Of a DNA stretch of 64,000 nt, positions 38,301-53,300 are shown one piece after another (within the stretch, counting starts at the first letter, position 1; every line of letters starts with the position of its first letter). The stretch comes from Callorhinchus milii (taxonomy: Eukaryota), in assembly GCF_018977255.1 (NCBI RefSeq), contig NW_024704742.1, positions 69,752,001 to 69,816,000 of the forward strand, in the 5' to 3' direction. The translations under genes and the position numbers were made by a program. Under the pieces are notes generated by a model that saw only the letters and a list, made by a program, of their open reading frames with translations, was not told the origin of the DNA and did not search any database.

Positions 38301-41300
38301 CATTTCGGGAGGGCTTCCCAAGGCGCTGAACAGTCAGTAATTTGGATCGACGCTAGGAGTTGGGATCAGGAGAGGTAGAGGGCAGGGAGCGTAGGGGTAG
38401 GTGGGTGGCCAAAGAGGAAGATCTTGAGATGTGTCATGAAGGAGGCAAGCAGGGGGGACACGAAGGGTCTGTGGGATGGAGTTCCAAAGGGTGGGAACAG
38501 AGAGGCTGAAAGTTGGATCACTGATGGTGGGGTGGGCAGGGAGACATGGAACAGGCTGGATCCTGCTGAGCGCCGACCGGCTAAAATGAGCATAGCCACT
38601 TTGCAAATATCGCAAACTGCATCCCAGTGTAAATTTATAACTGTACCCAACAATACCAGTGGAAAAAATCGATGCTGGTAACATTACAAGCTTTATTGAA
38701 AGCTACTTTTAAGATGCGTTATCTGCTTGAACAAACGTATTATTGTACATTTGACTAATTAGGTATCACCAGCGCTGATGCCCTTAACACCCAGAAACAC
38801 AATTTCAATATTTCAGTATTTAATCTTTCTAACATTTGGCATTTTCCATTAGAAAATGCTATAATTAGCCACTTGCAATTACAATAAATTCCAGCGATCA
38901 GACTGATAAAATAGCGCGACTGTCTAATTAAGACCAGTCACTAACAGAGTTTCCTAAAATGTGACAAGCTGATTCAGGTTTAAAGGATGCGGGTAGACAC
39001 TGGGAGGGCAGAAACAAGCACTCCTTTGTGTGTCTACCATACAATAAGGATATTTTTAACCCAAACTCAGGAACTAGGAAACAATTAAATGGAGCATTTT
39101 TAAGAGTGTCTTGATTACTCTAAAAGTACAGTCATTAACTGAAGGACGGCACCTCCAACAATGCAGTGCACCCCAGAACTGTACTGTCAGGCTAGGCTGT
39201 GTTCACACATGCTGAGGTGGGGCTAGATTGCAGTCCAAAATTACTATAGATCGGCTTTCATGTCAGCAGACATCCGAAAGCACTCAACAGCACAGCATGG
39301 GCAGTCGAGCAGAGGGTTGGGAGGGGAAAGATGGCTAAAAGCTGAGTTATAGAGGTAGAGACAGAACTTGAATGGGGGGAGAGAAGTTCCAGAGACTGGG
39401 ACGGGGAGGGCAGAAAGGCTGAAAGCCCATCAACGCTCGAAAATGCTGAGCCAAGCTGATATCCGAGACACCTCTTGCTCTCGCTGCTGATGCAGTTTTC
39501 GATATTTGCAAAGGGGTTGGGAAGTGCTAATTTTAGCCGGTCGGACAGAGGACTGCTCAGTGCAAATGCACAAATTGGGGGGCGGGCGGGGTGGGGGTGG
39601 TCAAACGGCGGCAATGAGGGAGGTGGCTTCTCACTCTTAGGCCTTTCTTTCTATCATTTCAGTGGTCTTTGGCATTGTGACACTCCGCATGGAGCGGAGC
39701 ACTACGAAGTGCTATAATGGACTACTCACGTGTAGTTAATGGACTACTCACGTGGACAGCTGCTCATGGTGTACCACTCCATGCACTGGCCGAACGGGAA
39801 GGAGGCCACGTAGGCCTTGGAATCCACACACTGCTTCATGTTGCTGCACCACATGCACTCGGTGCTGCTGCTGGTACACTCCCCACACGTCATTCTCTGG
39901 GCACACGGAGTGCGGCACTGCTTGGCACTGTGATTTGCTGCAAATTAGAGAGATTCCGCTTTAATCAACAACTCTGCTTCTCATTTTCTTTCCCGCTGCG
40001 GGCGGCCCCGTGCTTCACTAGGCATTGACTTTACCCATGAAGACATCATAGTGAATCCCATTCCTCCTTTTTTCTTGGAACTTTATCTAATTATTGTCTA
40101 AAAGAATTAGGAACTCCCATCAATAGTTTGTGGCAGACAATTTCCTTATTCTTAGCTTAATTCTTTTTGTGACTGTCTTAAATTTCTTATTGCTATAATA
40201 ATATAGAATAATAAGCCTTATATTTGATATAGTGCCTGATCGCGACATTGAAACAACTCAAAGCACTTCACAGAAGATATTGTAAAGTGGATTGACTGTT
40301 TATATTATGGGTGAACCAGGGCAGCTAATTGTGCACAACAATTTCCCACAAACAGTTATGGGACCAATTTTTTTAATGACTCACTGACTATTCCCAGGGG
40401 ATGGGTGGGATGGATACCTCAATCCATATTATTGCTCAAAGCTCAGCTACCGTGGCTTAAAATTCAAGAGGCTGTTGCAGACTGATTAACTTCTAACTTT
40501 TTCCTCTTTCGCTTGAGGCTAAAAGGCAGCGGTTACAGATCTGGATTTATTCTAATAATCCTTACATTTGATACAGTGCTTTTCATGTCAGGAAGATGTC
40601 TCAAAGCGCTTCACAGGATTTACTGCAAAAAGGGGTTACTGTGCATTTTTGGTGGGTGAAGACTCGTGTCATGTATGAACATCAACACACTAGTTGGGCC
40701 GAATAGCCTGTTCCCATACTGTACAGTCTATTTAAATCTATGTAAATGTGGCTGCCAATTTTCACAACATCCCACACGGACATTCAAAGTGTAAGAGAGG
40801 GTAATAATAATAATAATAATAATCCTTGCATTTGATATAGCGCTTTTCACGTCGGGAGGACGTCCCAAAGCGCTTCACAGAACACACTGTAAAGTGAATT
40901 GACTGTATATTTGTGGGCAAACGCGGCAGCCAATTGCGCACAGCAATGTCCCACAAACAGTCGTAGGTTGAAAATGACCAATTTATTATTGTTTTTGGTT
41001 TTGGAGGGATTATTATTAGGTGTGTGGAGTAAGGAAACTTGCCCAAGGTTTCGCCCTCTGCCTGGAATTGAACTCAGGTCTCTCGCTTGCAAAGCGAGTG
41101 CTCTAACCACTGAGCTACAGGACTCCACAGGGTAAGTAAGGAAATGCAATGTGTCCTAGCATGCATAGAGACAGACAGCCTGTACAGCACGGAAACAGGC
41201 CACTCAACCCAACCATCTGTACCAACGTTTATGTACAATACAAAATTACATTTGTATATCACGAGTCTCCACCCACACCTCCTGTACCCTTTTATTCCCC

Positions 41301-44300
41301 TCTCCATCATGTATACATATCCAGCTTCCTCTTAAATGTACCTATCTGTTTCAACAACTTTGGGAAGCAAGTTCCACATTGTCACTACCCATTGTGTTAA
41401 GTAGTTCCTCCTAAATTCTCTTTTAGATTCCCCCCAGTCACTATCTTATATCTGTGCCCCCTGGTTACAGATTCTTCAACAAGTGAGAACAGCCTATTTA
41501 TGCTAACCTTACCAAACCCTTTTAGAATTTTTGCAAATTTGTGTCGAGAGAAATCTCAACACTGCTTTATCTTCATATCAAACCTTTCACAATTAGAACA
41601 GACTCAGAGAGCATCACGGAATTAAATTAGAATTATAGAAATGAAGTGGAAGTTTTGGAGACAAGACGATTAATTAGAATTTCAGGAGTGAATTTGGATG
41701 AGGAGGTAATGTAAGGTAAGCAACTGAGAGGCCTGGCTGTTCAGCTGGATGCGAAAAGATCACCTGGCACTATTTAAAAAGTAAAGGGAGTTTCTCCAGC
41801 CCTTGTGGTCAGCAATCCCCTAGAAAGGCCGCTTCCACTTGTTGCCAATTCCAAAACCAGAGGGTATAAATATACAATTCTTGCATAGTACAGGGTGTCC
41901 AGAAAGTCCTGTTACCCCCATGTTTATTTTCTATAGGGCATTGACCAACGACTGAAACATGTGGAAGAATGATGATAGTTGTATTTAGAAGCACTTCATT
42001 GTATTCAGCACAAGTGTTTAACTATATTTAGACGTCCAGAGGAGCGGTGTGAGTGAGAGGCATCATTTTCAGGCAGATAATGATCCGTCACCATGTTCAG
42101 TGCAACACCTTGTGTAACATGATGGAGTGAGGAGGGGAAATGCATCTCTAGACGCTTGTGTCAACTCCTCCATAGTCTCATATTCCAGTTTTGTAACAGA
42201 GGGTAAGATGGCTTTGTGGATACGCTGTAGATCTAATCTAAACTAAGGGAGTTTAGGAGGAACTTCTTCAAGTGGCAAGAAAGTGGAATTCACTACCAGA
42301 AACTGTGGTTGTAACAAATGGCACCAAAGTAGTTACGAAAATACTTAGATTTTTGGGGAAAAGTGAATTTGGGGTAGGGAAGAATATATAACAGTATCGT
42401 AATCCTTGATGTGGTGTTGTGCCCAAGACATTTCAATGCGCTTCACAGGATTTAACTGACGTGTAGTAATGTATCTATGTATCTTTTAGATGAACGCGAC
42501 AGCACACAACATCCTGCAAAAGCCACGAAGCGAGTGACCGATTTTATGGGGGGGGGGGGGGGGGGCGATATTGTCAGGCAGTAGAGCACAAAACATTGAT
42601 TTAAAATGACAGACACATTTCAAAAATGGACGGTGGAGGGGGAATGGAAACGAAAAAGAAGCAATCATCATCTTACAAAGCTGCTTAAGCAACACAAGTA
42701 GAGAGAAGTAATTTTCATTTATTTTGTGTCAGGGTGACCTGTAGATCTCAAGGACTTTTTAAGTATATATACTATTCGTTCTCATCTGTCATATGGCTCC
42801 TACAAACTGCATTGGCATTCATCCATCAGGTTAGTTTGACCCATTTCCCCATTGCCATTGCCAGTTTTGTTCTAGAGCCATGGCATGGTTCCGCATTTCG
42901 GAAAGCTAAACCATTGTGTCGTAAATATATGGATCAAGCTCCCTACGGAAACAGTGGAAGCAGAAATTGTTGCTTCTTTCAACAGATTAGATAGATTTCT
43001 GTAAGGAAATAATATGTCGAGAAACAATTATGTGGAGAGACTAGAGATGTCCGGATTATTCTCCTTAGAGTAGAGAAGGTTGAGGGGAGATTTGATAGAG
43101 GTGTTCAAAATGATGAGGCATTTTGATGGAGTAGATAGGAAGAAATTGTTTCCTCTGGCGGGTGGGTCGCTAACAGATTTAAGATAAAAATTGACAAAAG
43201 AACCAGAAGGGCGACAAGGAGATTTTCTTTCACCAAGAGAGTTGTTACAGTCTGGATGCACTGCCTGAAAGGGCGGTGGAAGCAGATTCAAAAATAGCTT
43301 TCAAAAGGGAATTGGATAGGTAACTTGAAAAGGAAACATTTGCAGGGTTATGGGGTAAGAGGGGCGAGGCAGTACGACTAGTTGATAGCTCTTTCAAACA
43401 GCCAGCACAGGCACGCTCGGCCGAATGGCCTCCTTCTGTGCTGTAAAATTCTATGATTCTCTGACACAATATATAGTTTGGGAAATGACATGTCAAGCAA
43501 ATGCAATGATGGTGGAAGGCGAACTGGATGGATCTTGGTCTTCTTTCGCCTAGCAAATTCATATTTTCTTATGTGTCGACTTGAGATGTTTTTTGTATAA
43601 AATATTCTCACTGCTGCCAAGAAATCCATATTCACACAGAGGCGGGCATCAATAGTGAGGGGTCATTATTTATTACCACTCGGCCCTGCGAGTCAGTAAC
43701 AGAGAGAGAAACCATAGAATGTAAGGTAATTAGAGAAAAAATTAAAGAGGAGGTTTAGTGGTGGGGGGAATAATCGGCTTCACTCTGAGTGTGTTTGGAA
43801 TCTGGATTCGGCAATCATAAAGCACTGCTGAAGCAGAGGCCATCAATTATTTTAAAAGAGAACGAGATAGGATCTTGAATAGGAGGAATACTGAAAGGAA
43901 AGAAGGATATGGTTCGACGAGGTGGCTGGTCAGTACAAATTTGTTTTGCCCACAAAATGCTCCTCTTTATTTGTTGATTCCTCCAGTTTATTTATTAACC
44001 AACAAAAATGTGTTCACTCAATCCACGACTGTTTGTGGGACACTGCTGTGTGCAATTAGCTTCTGCTTTTTGCCCGCAAAATACAGTCAATTCACTTTAC
44101 AAGATATTCTGTGAAACGCTTTAAAACGTCTCAACAACGTGATGAGGTGCTATGTCAAATGCAAGGATTACTTTTATTGTCCCATTTGTATGCCGCAGTA
44201 CTTTAGGATTTCAGAAGCTCTGCTTGCCCCTTTTCTACACACACATACCCACTCAGTGGAATGCCTACAATGTAATGCTGGAGTGCCAGAATTAAATGCC

Positions 44301-47300
44301 TCCACTGAGACTCTGAAGATTTGCATTGCACTCAGCTCTCGAGCCTCACAAGGCACATTCATTAATTCACAGCCGAAAGCAGCCTGTCAAGCAGAGTGGG
44401 AAGGTGTATAATTTACAGTGTCTTTAACAAGGTGTCCACCTTCCACTGAAAATCCCAGAAAGTAATCAAGTATAAGGCACCAATCTGACTATTTTTAAAG
44501 CCGTTGCGATCATTTTCTGAACACAAGCCCACTCAAGAGCAGAAGCATGCAATTTCATTCCCTTTCAATGGTTCAAAATTGCTTTTTGACATTTCCAGCT
44601 CGCACGTGCTTCAATTTATTAACAAACTTTACTTTCCAAATGTCACCCAAATCTCCATTTTAATTTCACTTTTTCATCTGAACCTTTCATTCTCACGCTT
44701 AGAACTCTGGTTTGAAAACTCGTAAGCATAGTGATGGGTTTCCTCATGTGTCACGATACCTGGCTGATCAATTGTCACTTTCTTCCTCTCCCTCTTCCTC
44801 TTCTCCCCCAGAAACTCAGCATCAAGCCCCATCACTTTTAAACGCTCTGAGACACATATAAATGCAAGGTGTTGCTGATCCAAAACTTGTGTCCTCTCCC
44901 CCACCAGGCTCCGCACATTAGCACCATCTTTGTCAGGCTCCCGGTAACCTGTTGCATCAACTTTCCAATCCCTTCACCATTTGCCTCTCTCTACCTATGA
45001 GATCTCCTCCAGCCCTATTCTGCTGTCCCTGCACTGACTTTGGTCTAATGCTAAGTCAATTTCTCAATAGAGAGCACACTTGCTTCTAACATGTGCCCAC
45101 TCTCTGGAACCCGGTCACAATATCCATTCAACCTGTGTGTTCTCTCTCTGCCGACAAAAAATCGCTTAAAAATTCCATCTCTGAATGTGGTCGCCTCACT
45201 GAAAACTCCTCTTTATTTATTTATCCACCCCAAACATATTTATTGACCCCACCCCCCAAAAAGATTTGGTCACTCAATCCACGACTGTTTGTGAGACACT
45301 GCTGTGCACAATTGGCTGCTGCGTTTCGCCCACAAAATACACTTTACGATATAGTATTATTATCCCAATCGTTTAAAAGCAACAGCAATAAGAAAATTAC
45401 ATTTGTAAAGTGCCTTTCATGTCGGGAGGACATCCCAAGGCGCTGGACAGAGTTTCGAACCCGAGCTGGGGGTTGGAATCGGGAGGGTGGAGGTTCATGG
45501 GGGGGAATCAGGGTGATCGAAAGCACGGTCGAAGAGGAGGGTCTTGAGATGGATCTTGAAGGACGGAAGGGAGGGGGCGAGTTGGAGGGACAGTGGGATG
45601 GAGTTCCAGAGGGTGGGGGCAGAGTGGCAGAAGGCTGCCTGCCAATGGTAAGGCAGGCGAGGCGGGGGACTTGAAGCAAGCTGGAGCCCGCTGAGCGGAG
45701 GGAGCAGGCAGGATGGTAGAGGTTTAGGAGGTCACAGAGGTGGTGGGGAGCAAGACCTTGGAGGGTTGTGAAGGTGAGGACCAGGATCTTGAACTGTATC
45801 CTCTGTGTCATGGGAAGCCAGTAGAGTCGGGCGAGAATGGGGTTGATAGGCAAACATGAGGGGCAAGCTCTTGCTCAAGACATTCATCCTATGTGACAGG
45901 AGCGGTACAAGTTGTTGTTTAGCTTACAAAGGCAACCAGGCGGTAATGCCCACAAGATTCCCGAAATAACTGAATGTTTGATGAGGTATAATTAGCTGAA
46001 CGTACCTGGTCTTTCACACACACTTCCATTCACAGAGCTGATGCAAGTAGCTGCCTTCAGGCCAGTGTGGTTATGCTCTGCCAAGTAGCCACAGAAACCC
46101 GCATCGCTGGGCTCCTCTGCCAACCACTGCAGTGACGTGTTGGTGAAAGGCAACATGTCTTCCCAGCACCAATAGGAGACGTTGATCTTCCGTAATCCAA
46201 CCCAAGGAGTTATAGGCTCTTTGTACTAAAATCCAATCAAATATTTGCATTATGATTAAAAAAAATTCTTGCATTTGATATACCTATAAAGTCAACATAA
46301 TAATAATCCGTTGCATTTGATATAGCACGTTATGACGTTGTTGAGACATCTCAAAGAGCTTCAGAGAGCATACTGTAAAGTGAATTTCAGACCAAATGGG
46401 GCAGCCAATTGCGCAGTACAGTGCCCACAGTTGTGGATTAAATGACCAAATTATTATTTTTTATTTAGTTAGTTTTTTTTAAAGGATTATTACCAACAGA
46501 AAGTGATTCGCCAATCCTCTAACAATAGAGTCCCTACTTACTGTAAGGTAAATAGAGGGGCGGTGATTAACTAAACTTTCCTAAGGTTTCGCCCTGTCTG
46601 GGAATCGAACCTGGGTACTTTTGTTTGCGAGGTGACTGCTTTAACCAATACGCTACAGGACTCCACGTTATGTACAGTGACTATTGGGCTATTGCAACAC
46701 TGGAGTGTCGACTTGCACATAGTTAGCTCAATCATGACATGGGCTTAAATCTACACCATTCTTACAAAGAGATCAAAATGCGACCAACTAAGCCATGCAG
46801 ACAACCGAGTCAATTTTCCACAATGAATTTGGAAATACAGAAAGTTGAGAAAAGAAAAACATGAAATCTAAGTTACTTGCAAATTTAAACCAACTTAAAA
46901 GTTGAATTACATGGGTTTAAAAGTACCACACATCACCATTCCCCAAACAAGTGAGCAGATTGGTAGCAGACACAACAATAATAATTCTTGCATTTGATAT
47001 AGCACCTTATCACATCATTAAAACAACTCAAAGCATTTCACAGTGAATTGCAAAGTGAATTGACTGTATATTTTGTAGGCAAAACATGGCAATTCTGAGG
47101 ATCTGTGCATAAGCAATCTGCAGCAGGTTGCACTCACCAATAAGTACATAATCTGCAATTCTTTCAAGACAAACTCAACTTTCTTCTGGGTTGTGAGTGA
47201 AGCCAGTGCTGCATGCTGACCCCGACACATCAGTTTAGCGTTGTCGTAGTTCTCTTTTGTGGTGCTGATCGTCAGGCACGAGTTTCCCACCAGATGCCAG

Positions 47301-50300
47301 TTCTCACCGCAGATGGTTTCTGTGTTCCCCAGTTTAAAAATAAAGTAAAATACGAGATTTGGAAAAATCTCACATTTGATGTAGCATCTTTGTAATATTA
47401 ATAATCTTGCATTTGATACAGTGCCTTATCATGTAGTTGAGACATTTTAAAGCATTTCACACGATATACAGTAAAGTGCAGTAACAGTGTACTTTGTGGG
47501 CGAAACGCGACAGCCAGTTTGTGCACATCAAGGTCTCACAAGCAGCCGCGGAACGAGTGATCAATTTTGTTTGGGGGATTGTTGGCCAGTACACAGAGAG
47601 AGTAACTCCCTTCCCTTTTCGAATAGTGCCATGGGATCTTTAATGTTTGCCTAAACAGACAGACGGGACCTCAGTTTACCGTCTCATCCGAAGGACACAA
47701 TAGGAAATGGCATCCAAATTAAGACTGAATTGAAACATTTTCCATAATTCTGCATAATCTTAAATTTTAAGACAAAATGGTCAGACACTCTTTCACGTCC
47801 CCAAGGCACTTCACAGGATTTACTGTAGAGTGTAGTGACTGTGTATTGTGTAGGCAAACGTGGCAGCCAAATCACAATATCCTACAAACAACCATGAAGT
47901 GAATGATCAAATTACCTGGGGGCGCGAGGGGGAGGTTTGTTGGGCAGGACACCGGAAGAAACTCCCTTCTCTTTTCAAGTAGTGACATCCGGTCTTAACA
48001 TTCCCCTCGGTTTAATGTCTCATCCGAAGGTCAGCCATGTAGCGCACTCTCCCCTCCCTCCCCAGCACTGCACTGGAGTGTTAGCCTGGACTATATATGT
48101 GTCCTTAACGTAGGTCCTGAACTCACAATCTTCTGACTCAGAGGTTAGAGTGCAAGCAACTGAGCCAGCTGACCTTATAACAATATTTCCAGCATCTGTA
48201 GTATTTTGCGTTTTGTTTGCAACAATATTATTTTGTCTTTGTTAAAAAAGTGTAACACAAATCTCAGATTGGAAATCCTACACTTATGTAAGTGAATATA
48301 AAACTCTACACAAAACTTTACTCAGGGAATAGCATTAAGCAGAGCAACATAAAATAGATGTTTTTAAGGAAAACTTGAAAGAGTAATTCCTACCAGGCAA
48401 GGGGATGCATTCCTGGTTTCTGGATTCCCACTGACAGTTCTGATCCATGGCACAGCTTTTACAGCTGGTCAGTTTATTGCAAACATATTCAGGTTTGTCC
48501 TTCGGACATATCTCGTACTCCAAAATTAGCCTCTGTGACAGAAACAAGCACTGAGCATGAGTGGAGATAATAATACATGCACATACACACATTAATAATC
48601 CTTGCATTTGATATCGTACCTTATCATGTAATTGATAAGCCTCAAAGCTCTTCACAGAATATACTGTAAAGTGAACTGATAGCATATTTTATAGTCGAAA
48701 CATGGCAGCCAATTGTACACAGCAGTGTCCCACAAACAGTTGGGGATTGAGTGACCAAATTTTCATTTAGAATTTTTTTGAAGGGATTATTACCCCTGGA
48801 AAGTGATCGACCAATCGACTAAAAACCTGGTTCCTACTTACTGCTACCTAAATAGAGGCATGTGGAATAAGGAAACTTTTCACTATGCCTGAGAATCAAA
48901 CCAAGATTCTCTCCCTTGTGAGGAGAATGAACTAACCACTGAGCTACAGGACTCCGAAGCTCCTTCTCCTTTGAAACTCTATGATGTTTTTCTCCGTTAC
49001 TGAAGATCAAGGGATATCCTTCGTCAAGTGTTGCAGCGACACAACTATGACTTATTTCACTGAGATTTGAAATTAAGCTACAGTGCAACTTCAGCCACAA
49101 TGTGAGATTCTCCTTGTAATGCAATTAAGAGTGGAATTCATAGAATAATAGATTCCTACCGCACAGAAAGGGGCAATTCGGCCCATTGTGCCTGTGCTGG
49201 TTCTTTGAAAGAGCTGCCCAATCAGTCCTACTCCCCCACTCTCTCCCCTTGGCCTGCAAAATTTTCCTTTTAAGTAAATATCTAATTTCCTTTTGAAAGT
49301 TATTATTTAATCTGCTTCCACCACCCTTTCAGGTAGTACATTCCAGATATAACTCGCTGTGTAAAAAAAAATGTTCTCCTCGTCTCTCCTATGTTTTTTT
49401 TCATCAATTATCTTAAATCTGGCAGGTGGGTTGGTATCCTATCCCAGTGGCAAGTTTCTGCTTATTTACTCTATCAAAACCCCTCATAATTTTGAACACC
49501 TCTATTAAATATTCCCTTAATCTTCTCTGCTCTAGGGAGAACAATCCCAGCATCTCTAATCTTGAAGCGGAATGGAAGTAATCCTGAGGCCTGACTGCTG
49601 TACTTACACTGTCATCTGTGCAGTTATTGCCCTTTGACATGCATTTGTTGCACCACTGACAGTCGTTGGTGTTGGCTGTGCAGCTGTAGCAGTCGGTGTA
49701 CTGTTCACATTTCACAACGTCCACTTCTGTGGGAATATTAATTACAATAATCATTGCATTTGATATAGCGCCTTATTATGTCTTAAAGGCGTCTCAAAGT
49801 GTTTCACAGAATACACTGTAAATCGATTGTGACTGTATATTTTGTGGGCAAAACGCGGCAGCCAATTGCACACAGCAGTTTCCCACAAACAGTTGTAGAC
49901 AAGGTGACCAACTTTTTTTTGAGGGATTATTACTCTGAAAAAAATATTCGCCAATCGACTTACTGCAAGGTAAACAAAGGCGTGTAGAATAAGGTAACTT
50001 GCCTAACGTCTCACCATGCCGGGGCTTCAAATCCAGATCCTCTCGCTTGCGAGGCGAGTATTCTAACTACTGTGTTACAGGACTCCACAAATGCAGTTGT
50101 GTTAACGCAGTTTGTCAATCTCCGAGGGCAGGATTTTCATAATAAAAAAAAACTATGTTCTGTTCAATTCTACAGAAATCCGTTCAGTAAAGGGGGGTAC
50201 ATTTAAAACAAATCTGAAGGGTTCCTTCAAAACAATTGAAGGGTGGATAAATTCGAAACACATCTGCGGAAACACTACTTCAGTGAGCGAGTAGTAAACT

Positions 50301-53300
50301 TATGGAACAGGCTCCTTAGGGAGACTGTGGAAGCAGAAAGTGCTGTTACTTTCAAGAACAAATTAGATAGAATTATTTTAGGAAATAATATCTCAGAATA
50401 CACTATATAGTTTGGGACATGACTGCCAGGATGGTGGAAGGCGAACTGGATGGACCTTGGTTTGCTTTAGTAATTGTGATGTTCTTATGTTCAGCAACCA
50501 ATAAGCATAGTTCTGTTTCAACTGCCTTCTCTCCAGTTCCTGCTCTCCATCCTTCACCCCCCTCCCCAGTAGAAAAACAAATGTCATATTCTTCACCTGT
50601 TACAAATCTAGACAGTTTCAGAAGCAGAATCGCTCTTTTATGCTACTTTACTGACCTTGAGCAATAGTCAAGGTGATTCTGGCTGCACAGTATATCTGGG
50701 GGTGGGTCAATGGGGAGGCCTCAGGCTGTACAAACTGCATTGGAGTCGAGTGCTTTGGACATTCCCTGGAGGACATGGTGTCAGGTGCAATGAGCTTTGA
50801 ATCCCGTTGTCGAAGGGGATGGGGGGGGGGAGAGGCGAGAAGGAGCAGCAGTACCAGAGCTTCCGCAGTTACCAATTACATTCGCCTCACTTCTCTCAAG
50901 GACTGTTCAAAGTTTCCACTTTAGCAGCAACAGAATCGCAAAATGCAATGCGTAGTGAACATAAGAACATAAGAATTTGCTAGACAAAAGAAGACCAGGA
51001 TCCATCCAGTTTGCCTTCCACCATTCTGGCAGTCGCATGCACATGTCATGTCCCAAACAATATACTGTATCCCAAAGATATTATTTCCTAAAAGAAATCT
51101 ATCTAAATCTTAGTGACTGACCACAAACTTCTTCACTCAGGGTACGACACGGTACCAGATCCCATACTGTGTCAGGCTTACAGTCTCCTTTTCTCTGACC
51201 CTCCACTCACAACCAAACAACTAACTAAAAACAACCTGTGCTTGGCTTAAACGCAGTCACAAAATTCCCAATATTCTCCTATACTGTCTTAATTTGTGGG
51301 CGAAACGTGGCAGCCGATTTCTCAAAGCAATGTTCCACAAACAGAGTTGAGTGACTAAGTGATTTACTTATCTATTTGTTTACTTATTGATTTATTTTTT
51401 AAAGGGATTATTACCCCCAGAAAGCAATTTGACAATCGACTAACAACCGGGTTCCTACTGACTAGGTAAACAGTGTAGAGTAAGGAAACTTGCCTAAGGT
51501 TTCTCTCCATCTGGGAATCGAACCTAGGTCCTCTCACATGCAGGGCGAGTGCTCTAAGAGAAGGCGCTTATGCAAAGAATTATCATAATGAACCCATCCC
51601 CTATTGTTCTGTTGCCTTGCTGCATATGTATGTCCTGTCCCGGATATGCTCTCTCGGTCCCGCTATTGCATATTTCAAAAGCAAGTTCCCCTTTTGAACT
51701 GTTCCCACTCTTCAATGTCTGAAGGTTATTAGAATACTTGAATCTTTAATAACAGTATTTCTGATCGATTGCTTTTCAACATTCTCGCTCTTTAAATAGA
51801 CCATTTAGCCGGGTTGTGGCACTTTGCTCTCTTACCAAGCACTGCAATTATATGCAATGTCCTCTCATCGATTCGGTGCTAATGTGCTGTGAGGGAGAAA
51901 TCGGACTCTAAATCAAACCTCAAGCAAGAAAGAGCTGAGCCTGTTAATTTCTTCTCAGTGAAAGCAACAGGAGACTTTGAAATTAGCTGTCACTCATCAG
52001 GTTAGTTCTGCCCACGTGTGGACTCTGATTGAGGATCTTATTCCCCTTGTCCAATCGCTGCAACTAAGAACTAATCACAACAACAATATAGCGCTCCTCA
52101 TGCCCACCTTGTCTTCGACCATGCCTTCGATCTCCCTGCTTCCCCACCTGCCCTCCACCCTCCCACACCCCGACCCTCAGCTCGGGTCCATAACTCTGTC
52201 TGTCCAGCACCTTGGGACGTCGTCCTGACGTGAAAGGCGCTACACAAATGTAATTTTGTTGTTGTTGTTGGTTGTTGTTGTTGGTAGCATCCCAGAGCAC
52301 TCAACATTCCAGAGATGGAGCATGACTCCAAGCCTGGGGGAGATGATCGTAAGCACGGCCAAAGAGGAAATCACAGAAAGTTACAGCAAAAGAGAAGACA
52401 ATTTGACCCAATAAGCCTACATCTGCTCTCTGAAAGTGTTGTCCATTCAATCCCACTCCCCTCCCTTTCATAGATACTGCTCAAACCCAAGATCTGGTCA
52501 TTCTCTCTCTCAGTGGGCAGTGGTCTGCTTCATGTCCCCCACCCTACCTGATACACTATCGGGGTTTGGGCTTTCAGCTTGTCTACCCTTATTCTCTGGA
52601 ACTCGATTCTGGAGAGCCTCCAACTCCCAATTCCCCTTTTAGAAGATAAATAATAATCCTTGCATTTGATATAGCACTTCATCACGCCGTTGTGACGTCT
52701 CAAAGCACTTCACAAAAGTGAATCGATTGACTATGTTGTGGGAGAAAATTTAATTAAATTAAAATTTTATGGAATCAGTCCTGATCACCAATTGTGTCAA
52801 GAAAATCTCACGAGTAAAAGTAATGTGATACAAATTTATAATTATACAGCACCTTTCACATCAGGCGGCTGGCCCAAAGTGCTTAACAATCTGGCTTTGG
52901 CACTTGAGTTGGGAGTGGGAGCTGAGAAAGACGACCAAAGGCCCAGTCCAAGAGGAAGTGGATCTCGAAGGAGGTGAACGAGGGAGCGAGTTGGAGGCAC
53001 TCCAGAATCGAGTTCCAGAGAGTAGCAGACAAGCTGAAAGCCGAACTGCCGATAGTGTGGCAGGTAGGGTGGGGGACATGAAGCAGACCACTGCCCACTG
53101 AGAGAGGGAGTGACCAGGTCTTGGATTTGAGGAGGTTGCAGAGCAACCAGCAGGCACCTCTCTGTGATTCCCCCCTCCTAGCCATGGTCCTAATGTGCTA
53201 CAACAGGAATATTTGAGCTGTAAATGTTTAGGGGAGGCAGCACCACAGAGGAAGGATAACCTGGGTGACCTTTTCACTAGGAAAACAGGGACAACCTAAA

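Noticed and set aside
44728..44770. Box C/D-like TGATG...CTGA spacing in the unknown repeat
   Set aside because: Too short, antisense to the host gene, and boxes not conserved among copies.
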